Below, one piece after another: positions 1 to 11,498 of a stretch of DNA of 64,000 nt. Source of the DNA: an uncultured Gemmatimonadaceae bacterium (lineage in GTDB: Bacteria > Gemmatimonadota > Gemmatimonadetes > Gemmatimonadales > Gemmatimonadaceae); the NCBI GenBank assembly GCA_963817955.1, contig CAWFQK010000002.1, forward strand, positions 416,001 through 480,000. The letters run 5' to 3'. Below the pieces are notes generated by a model. It was not told where the DNA came from. It ran no database searches and saw only the letters and a list, made by a program, of their open reading frames with translations. Made by a program: the position numbers and the translations under genes. Every line of letters begins with the position of its first letter. Within the stretch, counting starts at the first letter, position 1.

Positions 1-185
1 TCCAGCAGCGACAGTTCCACCCCGTAGAGGGGGCGATGAGTCACCTCATCGGTGACGCGCGCAACCAGCACGACGCCGGCTTCCGATTGCGCGCCCACGG
101 CCTCAGGCAGTCCGCCTAAAATGAGAGTCCCCGCTACCACGCAGGCGAGTCGCACTCGGAGTCCCTGCGTAGCAGCTGTGATCAT
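1..185 (-). CDS. Secreted carboxypeptidase-regulatory-like (CarboxypepD_reg) domain protein, N-terminal part; runs off window edge
   Basis: ATG at 185 reads MITAATQGLRVRLACVVAGTLILGGLPEAVGAQSEAGVVLVARVTDEVTHRPLYGVELSLL: signal peptide then V-T-D-x2-T-x2-PL-x-GV motif; 5 bp downstream of previous gene. Confidence 0.7.
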   Translation of the reverse strand, partial: MITAATQGLRVRLACVVAGTLILGGLPEAVGAQSEAGVVLVARVTDEVTHRPLYGVELSLL

Positions 186-190
186 GGGTC

Positions 191-1936
191 TCACCGTTGC
201 ACCCGAATCGCCGTCGTGACATAGGGCTGGCCGATCGGCACGACAATCTCGCGCGTGGTGCCTCCGCCCGGGCCCGCGTCAACGTGCAGGACGACGGCGA
301 CGCCGCGTAGCACTCCACACACGGACACTTGGCCGGCGGAATCAGTTGTGCCGTTCCGGCGAGATTGGACCACGCCCGCCAAGGTGCCCCGCTTGGTCGG
401 TTGTGCCCAGGTCGCCGACACGCGCACGCGCGCCAACGGCGCCGATGTCGCTGAGTCAATCACGACGACCCGCAACAACGCGAGCGACGCGTTGAGCACA
501 CCGGAACACAGCTTGGCCACGGCACCGGTGGGGGAAAGGTCCGTCAAACGCACGGCCACCTCACCGGAATCCCGAACGGCCACCGACGTCGCGTGCGGAA
601 TGCCCAAACTATCTATCGCCAAGTTCTCGGCGGTGAGTTGATAGGTTCCCGGGAGGAGCGACTCGAAGCGGAAACGTCCAGCCGTGTCGGTCACCATCCT
701 CCGAGTGGTTCCCTCGACCAGCACGCTGCGACCGCTCCGCGGTATTCCTCCCTCGTCGGTGACCGTTCCGACGATGGCGTTCACGCGTCCGCGCCAGAGC
801 ACCGTCGTATCGTGATGCAGTTCGAGAACCTCGCCACCCGACACCTGGGCACCAATGGCGACGAGCGCCAGACGCTGGCCGATGGCGCCCGACCGCGAGG
901 TAACAGACTGTCCTGAGAACGCGCCCGCCCGTGCCTCCAGGCCCGTGATCGGCATGCGGATGTCCCATCGGCCGACGATCCACTCGTTCGACGGCAGGCG
1001 CATGAACTCGACGTGCCCACCCGGGTGCGCCGCATCGGCTTCGGGAGGCAGATCAGTATACTCGAAATTCAGTTCCCGCAAATCGGAGGTGCGTCGATCC
1101 ACCCAGAACACGCCCTGAATGTCTGGACGTTGTGGCGAGCTGCGGAGCGGCAGGAACTCGACACCAGCCCAACTCGAATGCCCCGGTGGCTCCGGTCTGG
1201 AGGCCGGCCGGAAGCAGTGCGACTCGGCAAACGAATCGGAGAGCAGCGCGTCCGCGTCCGGACCCAGGTACGTCGCGCCCGAGGCATCGCGACGCACGTA
1301 GCCGAAAGCCAGCAGACTATCCGCCGGCGCACTGCGGAATGGCTGGAGCGAGACACCATCTCGCTCGAACTGGCGCTGCCCGAGTACTCGCTCTGGACTC
1401 AGGTCCACGCGCCGCTCGTAGAGTGCGCGCCGCACGGTATACTCCTGATTGCCCGCCACGATACTGGCCGCCATGAGCGCTTTGCGCGCTTCACTCCACA
1501 GTTGGGCAGCGAGCGTCCCGGAATCAGGCGCCACTTCGCAGACTTGCTTTGCCTGCACGCGGACGGTGGCGAGGTGCACCGGCGTGCCCGACAGCAGGAG
1601 CCGGTACTGCACGTCGGCGCGTGGGTCGAGGGCGAGCGGGTCCGTCGTCGTGGGAGAGAACCCGATGCGGAGCGCACGCAGTCGGTACGCGCCGGTAACG
1701 GAGGCGCGAACGACGAATCCGCCGTTTGCCCGCGACAACGTGCGGTCAATGACGCGTCCAGTGCGGTCGACCAGTTCGACGATGATGCCGGCCGCCGGCA
1801 GGCTGTCTGCCATCACGACGGTGCCGCGTACCGCTTGGGCTTCCAGCGTGTTGGCTCCGCACGCCCACAACAGCCCCATGAACATGAAAGCGGAGATCCA
1901 GCTCCGACGACCCATGGATCGCGACCGGCTCATCAT
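191..1936 (-). CDS. Secreted protein with several CarboxypepD_reg-like domains and a central domain of unknown function
   Basis: Signal peptide ending LEA-QA; repeated motifs VRGTV..P.AG..V.L, YRLRALRIGF, TDTAGRFRFESLLPGTY, TDSAGQVSVCGV; start moved to ATG 1936. Confidence 0.75.
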   Translation of the reverse strand: MMSRSRSMGRRSWISAFMFMGLLWACGANTLEAQAVRGTVVMADSLPAAGIIVELVDRTGRVIDRTLSRANGGFVVRASVTGAYRLRALRIGFSPTTTDPLALDPRADVQYRLLLSGTPVHLATVRVQAKQVCEVAPDSGTLAAQLWSEARKALMAASIVAGNQEYTVRRALYERRVDLSPERVLGQRQFERDGVSLQPFRSAPADSLLAFGYVRRDASGATYLGPDADALLSDSFAESHCFRPASRPEPPGHSSWAGVEFLPLRSSPQRPDIQGVFWVDRRTSDLRELNFEYTDLPPEADAAHPGGHVEFMRLPSNEWIVGRWDIRMPITGLEARAGAFSGQSVTSRSGAIGQRLALVAIGAQVSGGEVLELHHDTTVLWRGRVNAIVGTVTDEGGIPRSGRSVLVEGTTRRMVTDTAGRFRFESLLPGTYQLTAENLAIDSLGIPHATSVAVRDSGEVAVRLTDLSPTGAVAKLCSGVLNASLALLRVVVIDSATSAPLARVRVSATWAQPTKRGTLAGVVQSRRNGTTDSAGQVSVCGVLRGVAVVLHVDAGPGGGTTREIVVPIGQPYVTTAIRVQR

Positions 1937-2194
1937 AAGGTGACTTGAGGGATTTGATGGCGGCGATTCGAATGGCGGTCGCATGCGCACAGAACCTCGA
2001 CAAACTATAAGCCGAGCAGCCGAGCAGCCACCTCCAGATCCGCGAGATGACGACAAGTACGTTCACGCATCGGCTGTACGCGGCAGCAACATTATCATTA
2101 AACACTCTTTGACACAAGAGGCAAACCGCCGTCACACGGCGCGGCCCGACGATAACGCCACTAGTGAGACCGAGAATCTATAAGCAGTACATCC

Positions 2195-2374
2195 TCAAGT
2201 AGTGTTCGGCGATAAATCGAAGGGCGGCGACTGGTGAGAGATTTCGTCATCGGGATTCGACAGGTCGAATGCCGTGTGTAGTTGTAACGGCGGGGTCCTC
2301 TCGGAGAGCATCGCGCTGAGGATCTGTAGCACGGTGCAGAGCTGGAGGGTACGTTGAAGCTGCGTGCGGGTCAT
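2195..2374 (-). pseudogene. Probable IS4-family transposase C-terminal remnant
   Basis: LCTVLQILSAMLSERTPPLQL...HQSPPFDL resembles the LYTILQILSVTLFEKTP...NQL.LFD C-terminus of IS4-family transposases. Confidence 0.5.
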
Positions 2375-2556
2375 GCCCCCCTGTCTGCCACTGAGAATGG
2401 ACCTGACCCGGTTTTGCGGACGCCTCCCTCGCACTGAGCGTGGTATTGACTTTGCGGAATTGTGATGGCTTTGGGGAACATCGACAGCGACGGCGAGATT
2501 GTGCGAACCTGCCAAGGTCTCGGACACTCGCTCGAAGTCGGGCCAGACGACGGCAG

Positions 2557-2941
2557 CCAAGGTCTTCCGGGCCACGCGTTCCACATCCCCGTCGGTAATG
2601 GGGCGCGGGGCCCCCGGACGCGGCGCATCGAGCAGTCCATCCAAGCGATGCGCCAGGAACCGCGTCAGCCACTTCCCCACGGTCTGTCGCGTGACGCCGA
2701 CCGCGTCCGCCACCTCGACGCTCGGCGCACCGCTCGCACTCCCGAGAATGATCCGGGCGCGCTCCGCGATCGCTCGCGCGGTCTTCGGGCGACGACTCCA
2801 CGCGGTCAACTGGGCGATCTCCGCGTCGGTCAGCATCAACGGCTGCAACATTGGGCCGCGCCTCATAGGATCAATCTCTCGAACGAGTTGGCCCGTGACG
2901 AGAGCAAAAGGCAATCCATGAACTTCTAACTCGCGACACTA
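2557..2941 (-). mobile_element. Truncated IS630-family element: left end plus N-terminal HTH of transposase, no DDE domain
   Basis: ATG 2866 MRRGP..LMLTDAE..L..WSRRPKT...RARIIL...TVGKW..RF...LDGLLDAPRPGAPRPIT; IS630-like end TA-GTGTCGCGAGTTAGAAGTT at 2941-2921. Confidence 0.85.
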
Positions 2942-2994
2942 ATGACCTTCACGGTTCTTGCAGGACATGTGGATGCAGCGTGAAGGAGGAGAGT

Positions 2995-3440
2995 ATGGTA
3001 CAGTGGCGGCCGCGGCGGTTGAGCGCGGCACAATTGGAAGAGCGGCGCCTCGCCGCGGCGCGGGAGTTTCCGCGCTGTCGCGTTCACGGGATCTCGCAGA
3101 GCGAGATTGCGCGCGCCGTCGGCGTCGGACGCCAAAGCGTGTCGCGCTGGTATGCGGCGTGGCAGACCCTGGGGGTCTCCTACCACTTTCGCTCACTCGG
3201 GCGCGTGCTCCGTGCGCACGGCTGGTCGCCGCAGCGCCCGGCGACGCGCGCGACCGAGCGGAACGAGGCGCTCATCGAGGCGTGGCTCAAGCGCGATTGG
3301 CCGCGCATCAAAAAGGGGCTCGTCGAAGCGGGCGGGTCATTGCCTTCCTAGACGAAACGGGTTTCGTGGTTCCCACGTACCGGGCCCGCGTAGGCAGCAC
3401 CTGGGCGCCGGTGGGCCACGTGCCCGTGCTGCACTGTCGA
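2995..3440 (+). pseudogene. Second IS630-family transposase remnant (winged-HTH ORF A, then -1 frame ORF B start), internally deleted and truncated
   Basis: SQSEIARAVGVGRQSVSRW, GVSYH...GWSPQRPATRATERNE..I..W...WPRIKK, then AAAAAGGGG and -1 frame IAFLDETGF...TWAPVG.VP; strong SD AAGGAGG. Confidence 0.85.
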
Positions 3441-3560
3441 TCGACAGCGGCGCGAAGTGTCGAGCCCCGCACCTGCACAAGAGGCCTCAGTCGGTTTGGT
3501 TGACAACTGAATCCGGGAGCCGAAGAAGTCCCCCCGTCTACCTGCCGTCGTATCGCAAGG

Positions 3561-4313
3561 TCAGGCGCTGGTGCGCAACACCACCGGCGTGCCTCGCGCA
3601 ATGCCTAACGCGTGCGCGGCGTTTCCGTCGCGCACCGCGATTTCGACAAAGCCGCTGGATCCGACCACGGCGACCGGTGCACCCGACGGCACATCCGCGT
3701 AGATCTTTCGGATCGGAATACCGCGCGACGAAACGTCAACGATGCCACCGCGCAAGGCAATGAGATTCGTGATCGCGTTGCCGAAGCGATCCACGAGAAT
3801 CACTTCACCAGCCATTGAGCCGTCGGCGCAGCGCCGCGGTTCTGGTGTCCGACGAACTATCGGATTGCAGCCGACGAGACCGATGGCATCGATCGGCTCT
3901 CCGCGCGCCAGTGCCGCCGCTGCGGGAGCGAAGACGTCGCGCCCGTGGAACGTAGCTGACACACCGGGCAGTATCGCCAACTCGACGGCACGCGCGCCGG
4001 GCATGAGGAGCGCCGGTGACAACACGCCATTGTCTGGTCCAACGAGATACCGAGCATCGCTGGACACCGCCAGCGCCGCCCGCGATGAACCGACGCCGGG
4101 ATCCACGACGACGAGGTGCACGGTGCCCTCGGGAAAACGCTGCCACACGCGTGCAAGCGAGAGCCGCGCGCACTCCACGTCTTGTGGCGGAATGTCGTGG
4201 GTGATGTCAACCAGCTCCGCGTCCGGGACCATCGTGAGCAGCACACCTTTCATCTCGCCGACATACCCGTCGGCAGTTCCGAAATCCGTCAGCAGCGTGA
4301 TGATAGGTCGCAT
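3561..4313 (-). CDS. SAM hydroxide adenosyltransferase (DUF62; chlorinase/fluorinase family)
   Basis: IITLLTDFG.DGYVGEMKG, VVDPGVG, GPDNG, TFHGRDVFAP, DRFGN motifs. Confidence 0.93.
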   Translation of the reverse strand: MRPIITLLTDFGTADGYVGEMKGVLLTMVPDAELVDITHDIPPQDVECARLSLARVWQRFPEGTVHLVVVDPGVGSSRAALAVSSDARYLVGPDNGVLSPALLMPGARAVELAILPGVSATFHGRDVFAPAAAALARGEPIDAIGLVGCNPIVRRTPEPRRCADGSMAGEVILVDRFGNAITNLIALRGGIVDVSSRGIPIRKIYADVPSGAPVAVVGSSGFVEIAVRDGNAAHALGIARGTPVVLRTSA

Positions 4314-4315
4314 GG

Positions 4316-5719
4316 CTATACAGATCTGCGCTTCCAGCGGCCGCTGCGCCAGATCAGCGCCATCGAGACCCCGCGTCCGATAGCAGTCAACGAGATCACC
4401 CACCAGATCCCGGCGCTTCCCCATCGATTAGCCGCCCAGCCTGCGAGCGGAATGCGCGACGCCGTGAGCGCCGTGGACGTCAACATGGGTGGCACCGTGT
4501 CCCCCGCCCCGCCGAGCGCGCCCTCGAGCACAATCTCGGCGCACACAGCAAGCTGTGAGATCGACACGATGCGCAGGTACTTGACCGATTCGGCAATCAC
4601 CGCCGGGTCGTTCGTGAACAACGAAGCGAATTGGCGGGGCATGATGAGCTCGAGCGTACACGCGACCACGCCAAGCAACGTGCAGAATCCAGTCGCCATC
4701 CATGCGGCGCGATTGGCGCGATCGGGCCGGCCCGCGCCGAGGTTCTGCCCCACAATGGCTGCGGTCGCCGCGCCGAATCCAACGCCGATCATGAACAACC
4801 AGCTTTCCACACGGTGGCCAATCCCCAACGCGGCCAGCGCCGGCGTGCCAAAGCGTGTCGTCGTGCGTGTGAGCACGATGTAAATGAAACTGAACATGAC
4901 CCCGGTAACCGCCGTCGGCAGTCCAATGCGACAAACCGACCAGAGGGCGTGCAGTCGAACTCGCCCAATTCGGAGCAGTCCACGTCGTGACGCGATGATG
5001 ACGCCCATGACGAATGCTGTTCCCCGCGTCGCGATCGTTGCGATCGCTGCTCCCGCGACGCCGAGCGCCGGAAAGGGCCCCCAGCCGAGCATCAGCGCCG
5101 GATCGAGCACGAGCGTCACCGCGACCGACGCGAGCAGCAGTACGAACGGCGTTCGCGTGTCGCCCGAGGCTCGGAACGACGCGTCCACGACGAAGAATCC
5201 GTAGATCAGCGGAGTACCGAGCAGATAGGTCCGCAGGTATGTGGTGCCGAGCGCGGTGACATCGGCCGGCGCATGCATGACGGCAAAGAGCCGGTGGAGC
5301 TCATGCGTGCCAGCGAGACCGACCATCGCGCCAAGCAGCACGCCAAAAACGAGCGTGTCGCCGGCGAGACGCGATGCCTCGGCCGCGCGGCGCTCACCGT
5401 GCCGGCGCGCCGCCACCGCCGTGAGCCCCACGCCGATCATCTCGGCAAGCGAGATGATCATCCAGATCCAGAAGAGCGAAATCGAGACAGCGGCAAGGCC
5501 CGCAGCGCCGATGCGCGTGCCTACCCAGAATGCGTCCACCGACGAGAAGATCGTCATCAGAAGCGATGACGCCACAGCAGGCAGAGCGACGCGCAGGATC
5601 GTGGCGCGGAGTGAATCGGAGACGAGATGAGTCGCCTCCCACTCGCCCGTGATGGCGACCGGCGCGATGCCTTCGTGCGGCTCGACCGGAAACGACGCGC
5701 TCGACGCCGGATCGCGCAT
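4316..5719 (-). CDS. MATE family efflux transporter
   Basis: About 12 TM segments; VDAFWVG, FRASGDTRTP, IVGQNLGAG motifs. Confidence 0.92.
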   Translation of the reverse strand: MRDPASSASFPVEPHEGIAPVAITGEWEATHLVSDSLRATILRVALPAVASSLLMTIFSSVDAFWVGTRIGAAGLAAVSISLFWIWMIISLAEMIGVGLTAVAARRHGERRAAEASRLAGDTLVFGVLLGAMVGLAGTHELHRLFAVMHAPADVTALGTTYLRTYLLGTPLIYGFFVVDASFRASGDTRTPFVLLLASVAVTLVLDPALMLGWGPFPALGVAGAAIATIATRGTAFVMGVIIASRRGLLRIGRVRLHALWSVCRIGLPTAVTGVMFSFIYIVLTRTTTRFGTPALAALGIGHRVESWLFMIGVGFGAATAAIVGQNLGAGRPDRANRAAWMATGFCTLLGVVACTLELIMPRQFASLFTNDPAVIAESVKYLRIVSISQLAVCAEIVLEGALGGAGDTVPPMLTSTALTASRIPLAGWAANRWGSAGIWWVISLTAIGRGVSMALIWRSGRWKRRSV

Positions 5720-5730
5720 CGGCGTACGGA

Positions 5731-6591
5731 TCAGTGGTTTGCCACCGCCCCCAATTGATCGCCAATGCGTTGCGCGATCGCCGTGAGCGCGCGCGCCGCC
5801 GAAGACTCGGGATCGGCAATCACGATCGGCGTACCTTCGTCGCCACCCTGCATGACGCGCGGGTAGAGCGGAATCTGTCCGAGCAGCGGCAGGCCAACTT
5901 CCATGGCCAAACGCTCTCCGCCGCCGCTACCGAAAATCGGGGACGGTTTGCCGCAGTGTGGACATTCGAGCCAGCTCATGTTCTCGACGATACCCAACAC
6001 CGGCACGTTGACGCGCTCGAACATTCTGACCCCGCGCAGCGCGTCGCCCACAGAGACTTCCTGCGGTGTCGTCACGATGATGGCGCCAGCGAGTTGTGCG
6101 GCTTGCACGAGCGAGAGCTGTGCGTCGCCCGTGCCGGGCGGCATGTCGACGATGAAATAATCCAGCTCTCCCCATGCAACGTCGCGCAGGAACTGACCCA
6201 GAATCTTCATGACGATCGGTCCTCGCCAGATCGCCGGCTGATCGCGATCGATCAGCACGCCGATGCTGATCAGCTTCACGCCGTGTGCTTCGAGCGGCAC
6301 AATGCGGTCGTTGATCACCATGGGTGGTTCGTTGATGCCCATCATCCGCGGCAGATTGGGACCGTAGATGTCGGCATCCATCAAACCGACGCGCGCGCCC
6401 TGCTTTGCCAGCGCGACCGCGATGTTCACAGCAATGGTCGACTTGCCGACGCCGCCCTTGCCGCTCGACACCGCAATGATGCGGCCGAGATTCGGCATGG
6501 CGACAGGCGTGGGCGCGGGAACGGTTTTCGGGGCTGCCGCCGGCTGCATGACCGGCAGCACGCGGCCCGACGGATTCTTGTTGCTTTCCAT
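5731..6591 (-). CDS. mrp: Mrp/NBP35 (ApbC) Fe-S cluster carrier ATPase, lacking the N-terminal accessory domain
   Basis: SGKGGVGKST, DADIYGP, WRGP, DMPPGTGDAQL, ENMS..CPHC. Confidence 0.92.
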   Translation of the reverse strand: MESNKNPSGRVLPVMQPAAAPKTVPAPTPVAMPNLGRIIAVSSGKGGVGKSTIAVNIAVALAKQGARVGLMDADIYGPNLPRMMGINEPPMVINDRIVPLEAHGVKLISIGVLIDRDQPAIWRGPIVMKILGQFLRDVAWGELDYFIVDMPPGTGDAQLSLVQAAQLAGAIIVTTPQEVSVGDALRGVRMFERVNVPVLGIVENMSWLECPHCGKPSPIFGSGGGERLAMEVGLPLLGQIPLYPRVMQGGDEGTPIVIADPESSAARALTAIAQRIGDQLGAVANH

Positions 6592-6610
6592 ATGTATGAT
6601 CCTCGCCCAG

Positions 6611-7648
6611 TCAGCGAAATGCGCGACGGGGCGCTTGAGTCGAGAGAAATTGTCGCGCGGCGTCAATCGTGCGCTCGCGGACGTTGTCCAGTGAACCGAC
6701 GATCAAGGCGCCGGCGGCTTTCGCGTGGCCGCCGCCGCCGAACTGCCTGGCAAATGCATTCACGTCCACATCGCCCGTGCTGCGGAAAGACACCTTCACC
6801 TTTCCGTATCCGAGATCGCGGAAGAAGAGCGCCATGCGTGTGCCGACGATGGACCGCGCATGCTCGACGATGCCGTCGAGGTCTTCCGGGCGGACATGAT
6901 ATTTCTCTAAGTCGCCCGCGCCGAGCGACAACCACGCCAGGCCGTTCGGCTCGTCGGTTCCGAGCGTCGCCAGCACGTCGGCGAGCAGCCGGACGCGTCC
7001 CGCGGGCGCCGACGCGTAGATGCGGACATACATCTCCTCCGGGTCGACGCCGGCGGCGAGCAACGCGGCGGCCATGCCATGGCATCGGGGGGACGTGTTG
7101 CTATAGCGGAAGCTGCCGGTATCTGTGAGAATCGCCGCGTACAGCGCCCGCGCGATCTCCGGCGTGAGGTCAAAGCCGAGCGTGCTGGCGAGATCATAAA
7201 CCAGCTCGCCGGTCGCACACGCGGTCACGTCGGTGAGAATGATGTTCCCCGCCGGGTCGTCCGACGCGATGTGGTGGTCGATCACCAGCTTCGGCACGTC
7301 CAGGGCCCGCACGGTTTCCGCCAACCCCCCCAAGCGCCTCACATCGCTGATGTCCAGCACGATCAGCATATCGATGCCTTTCAGCGCGGCGGCACCCTTC
7401 GGCGTGAGGTTCTTCACCCCATCGCCAAGCAAGAAGTTGAACAGGTCGGGCCAGGGCGTCGGGTTCACGATCCGAACGTCCAGGCCCCGCTGCGCCAGCA
7501 TGTGCGCCACGGCGACTTCCGACCCGCATCCGTCGCCATCCGCGTTCATGTGCGTCGACAGCGCCACACGGCGGCCCGGCACCAACTCTCGATCGAGCTG
7601 TTGGATGGCTGCGCGCCGCGGCTCTGGAATAGCGAGGTAGTCGGGCAC
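6611..7648 (-). CDS. nrnA: DHH/DHHA1 phosphoesterase (NrnA-like oligoribonuclease/pAp phosphatase)
   Basis: H.N.DGD, IDHH, TDTGSF, SFRS, GGGGHAKAAG; GTG start at 7648 inferred. Confidence 0.88.
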   Translation of the reverse strand: MPDYLAIPEPRRAAIQQLDRELVPGRRVALSTHMNADGDGCGSEVAVAHMLAQRGLDVRIVNPTPWPDLFNFLLGDGVKNLTPKGAAALKGIDMLIVLDISDVRRLGGLAETVRALDVPKLVIDHHIASDDPAGNIILTDVTACATGELVYDLASTLGFDLTPEIARALYAAILTDTGSFRYSNTSPRCHGMAAALLAAGVDPEEMYVRIYASAPAGRVRLLADVLATLGTDEPNGLAWLSLGAGDLEKYHVRPEDLDGIVEHARSIVGTRMALFFRDLGYGKVKVSFRSTGDVDVNAFARQFGGGGHAKAAGALIVGSLDNVRERTIDAARQFLSTQAPRRAFR

Positions 7649-7691
7649 TGTGAGCTCGTGTCTCGTTGCTGGATGCTGAGTGTTGGGCCAC

Positions 7692-7727
7692 AAAAGGAAA
7701 CGGCGCCCGGAACCCGGACGCCGTCTC
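7692..7727 (-). terminator. Intrinsic terminator-like hairpin after amino acid permease
   Basis: Minus strand GAGACGGCGTCCGG-GTT-CCGGGCGCCGTTTC followed by CTTTT. Confidence 0.6.
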
Positions 7728-7747
7728 AAAGATAACTGCCGCTGGAC

Positions 7748-9223
7748 TCAGTCGCCTGCCAGCGACGCGTCGGCGCCGATGCGCGAATGGCGCAGGCCGT
7801 AGGTGAAGTAGATCACCAGGCCGAGAGCCATCCAGACGAGGAGCCGAGTCCATGTGTCGCTCGGCAGACCGTACATCATGTACCCGCAGATGAGGATGCC
7901 GAGGATCGGCACGACCGGTACGAGTGGCGTACGGAACGGGCGCGGGATGTTCGGCCGAGCGTAGCGCAACGCCATCACACCGAAGCACACGATGACGAAC
8001 GCCAGCAACGTTCCAATCGACACCAGCTCGCCAAGCAACGCGATCGGGAAGAACCCGGCCACGATCGCGGCCACGATTCCCGTGACGATCGTCGTCACGT
8101 AGGGCGTCTGGAACTTGGGGTGAATCTTGCCGAACACCGCCGGCAGGAGACCGTCGCGACTCATGGAGAAGAAGATGCGCGGCTGGCCCATGAGCATCAC
8201 GAGCACCACGGATGCCAGACCAAGGATGGCGCCGATGTTGATGAAGTACGTCAGCCACTTGAGCGCCGGGCCGGCCGCGTTGATCGCCACGAACACCGGA
8301 TGTGGAACGTTCAGGTTCTGGTACTTCGTCAGCCCCGTCATCACCAGCGCCATCAGGATGTAGAGTACCGTACAGATGGCGAGCGAGGCGAGAATGCCGA
8401 TCGGCATGTCGCGCTGGGGATTCTTCGCTTCCTGTGCCGCCGTCGACACGGCGTCGAATCCTATATAGGCGAAGAAGACGACCCCCGCGCCTCGCACGAT
8501 GCCGCTCCAGCCGAAGTGGCCGAACTCCCCGGTAGGATTCTCCGGGATGAACGGATGCCAGTTCGCCGTGTTCACGTACATGAAGCCGAAGCCGATGACC
8601 AGAATGACGATCGCCAGCTTGATGAACACGATGACGTTGTTGAAGTTCGCCGACTCCTTGATGCCGATCACGAGCAACGCGGTCATCAACAGCACGAGCA
8701 CGATGGCCGGCAGGTTGATGATGCCGCCTGGATTCCGCACCAACGTGTGCGTCCCGACCACGTTCAGCGGCGCCTGGGTGAAGGCATCCGGCAGATTGAA
8801 CCCGAGCTCCTTGATGAACGCCACGAAGTAGCCCGACCAACCCACGGCCACCGTCGCGGCGCCGAACAGATACTCGAGAATGAGATCCCAGCCGATGATC
8901 CAGGCGACGAGCTCACCGAGCGTGGCGTATCCATACGTGTACGCGCTGCCGGCGATTGGAATCATCGCCGCGAACTCCGCGTAACACAGGCCGGCGAACA
9001 GACAGCCGAACCCCGCGAGAATGAAGGAGAGAACGATGGCCGGTCCGGCATACTGTGCCGCGGCGGTACCAGTGAGGACGAAGATACCGGCGCCGATGAT
9101 GGCCCCGATACCGAGCATCGTGAGATTCAGCGCTCCGAGCGCTCGCCGAAGCGTGACTTCCTGCCCCTCGGCCGCGGCCTCTGCTTGCAGCAGCGCGATA
9201 CTCTTCTTGGACCACAAACCCAT
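7748..9223 (-). CDS. APC-superfamily amino acid permease
   Basis: GIGAIIGAGIFVL, CYAEFA, GSAYTY, FFAYIGFDAV, EAKNPQRDMP. Confidence 0.95.
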   Translation of the reverse strand: MGLWSKKSIALLQAEAAAEGQEVTLRRALGALNLTMLGIGAIIGAGIFVLTGTAAAQYAGPAIVLSFILAGFGCLFAGLCYAEFAAMIPIAGSAYTYGYATLGELVAWIIGWDLILEYLFGAATVAVGWSGYFVAFIKELGFNLPDAFTQAPLNVVGTHTLVRNPGGIINLPAIVLVLLMTALLVIGIKESANFNNVIVFIKLAIVILVIGFGFMYVNTANWHPFIPENPTGEFGHFGWSGIVRGAGVVFFAYIGFDAVSTAAQEAKNPQRDMPIGILASLAICTVLYILMALVMTGLTKYQNLNVPHPVFVAINAAGPALKWLTYFINIGAILGLASVVLVMLMGQPRIFFSMSRDGLLPAVFGKIHPKFQTPYVTTIVTGIVAAIVAGFFPIALLGELVSIGTLLAFVIVCFGVMALRYARPNIPRPFRTPLVPVVPILGILICGYMMYGLPSDTWTRLLVWMALGLVIYFTYGLRHSRIGADASLAGD

Positions 9224-9440
9224 AACAGGAATCTCCTGGGGTCGGACGTAAGAGACGGCGCCACATGGCGCGCCGCCGTGCGGCGGGATGACCTACAGCT
9301 GCCGGCGACCGGCGAGCAACACGGCCGCGCGTCCTACTGTATACACAATGCGGGGCGGAAGTTGGAACTCGACGGCACTGATGTCAAGGAACTCCGCCCC
9401 GCCTGACACACCTCTAACGTTGTCAGACCGATTTGCGTTG

Positions 9441-11042
<1,602 letters not shown>

Positions 11043-11498
11043 TCACGCCTTGCCAATCACTCTCAGCCGGCGGCGGATTCGCTTTGGAAGGAAGAATGCG
11101 GCGGCAGACAGCGCGGCGCGCAGATTGAGATCCGCGAGATCGGCCGGGTTCCCCGACCAGTGATCGAGCAGCACCGCGCGTCCCGCATTCGAAACAAGGC
11201 GTTGAAGCGCGAGGACCAGGATGAAGAGGTCATCTATCTCGCCGAAGAACGGAATGAAGTCGGGAATGAGATCGAGCGGCATCACGATGTACGCGATCGC
11301 GGCAAGCACAATGAGCTTGTCTGCCAACGCGACACGCCGGTCGGTCACCAGGCCGCCGAGGAGTCGCACGTATTGCGGTAAATGGCGAACGTAGTAGACC
11401 ACCGTGCGCCGTGCGCCGGTCCGCGGCGCTCCAATGGCGGGGCTGTCAGCGTCCACACGGGGACGCCGTGCGGCCCCGGCGCGGGAGCGGGCCTCCAT
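11043..11498 (-). CDS. YkvA/DUF1232 family membrane protein
   Basis: AYIVMPLDLIPDFIPFFGEIDD. Confidence 0.9.
   Translation of the reverse strand: MEARSRAGAARRPRVDADSPAIGAPRTGARRTVVYYVRHLPQYVRLLGGLVTDRRVALADKLIVLAAIAYIVMPLDLIPDFIPFFGEIDDLFILVLALQRLVSNAGRAVLLDHWSGNPADLADLNLRAALSAAAFFLPKRIRRRLRVIGKA

Noticed and set aside
2195..2914. Intact 239-aa transposase
   Set aside because: Chimeric read-through of two IS remnants; no DDE catalytic domain
3561..4313. Fluorinase/chlorinase of a halometabolite cluster
   Set aside because: Has the Asp-Arg-His-type DUF62 hydrolase motif (FHGRD) and a housekeeping context with no biosynthetic genes
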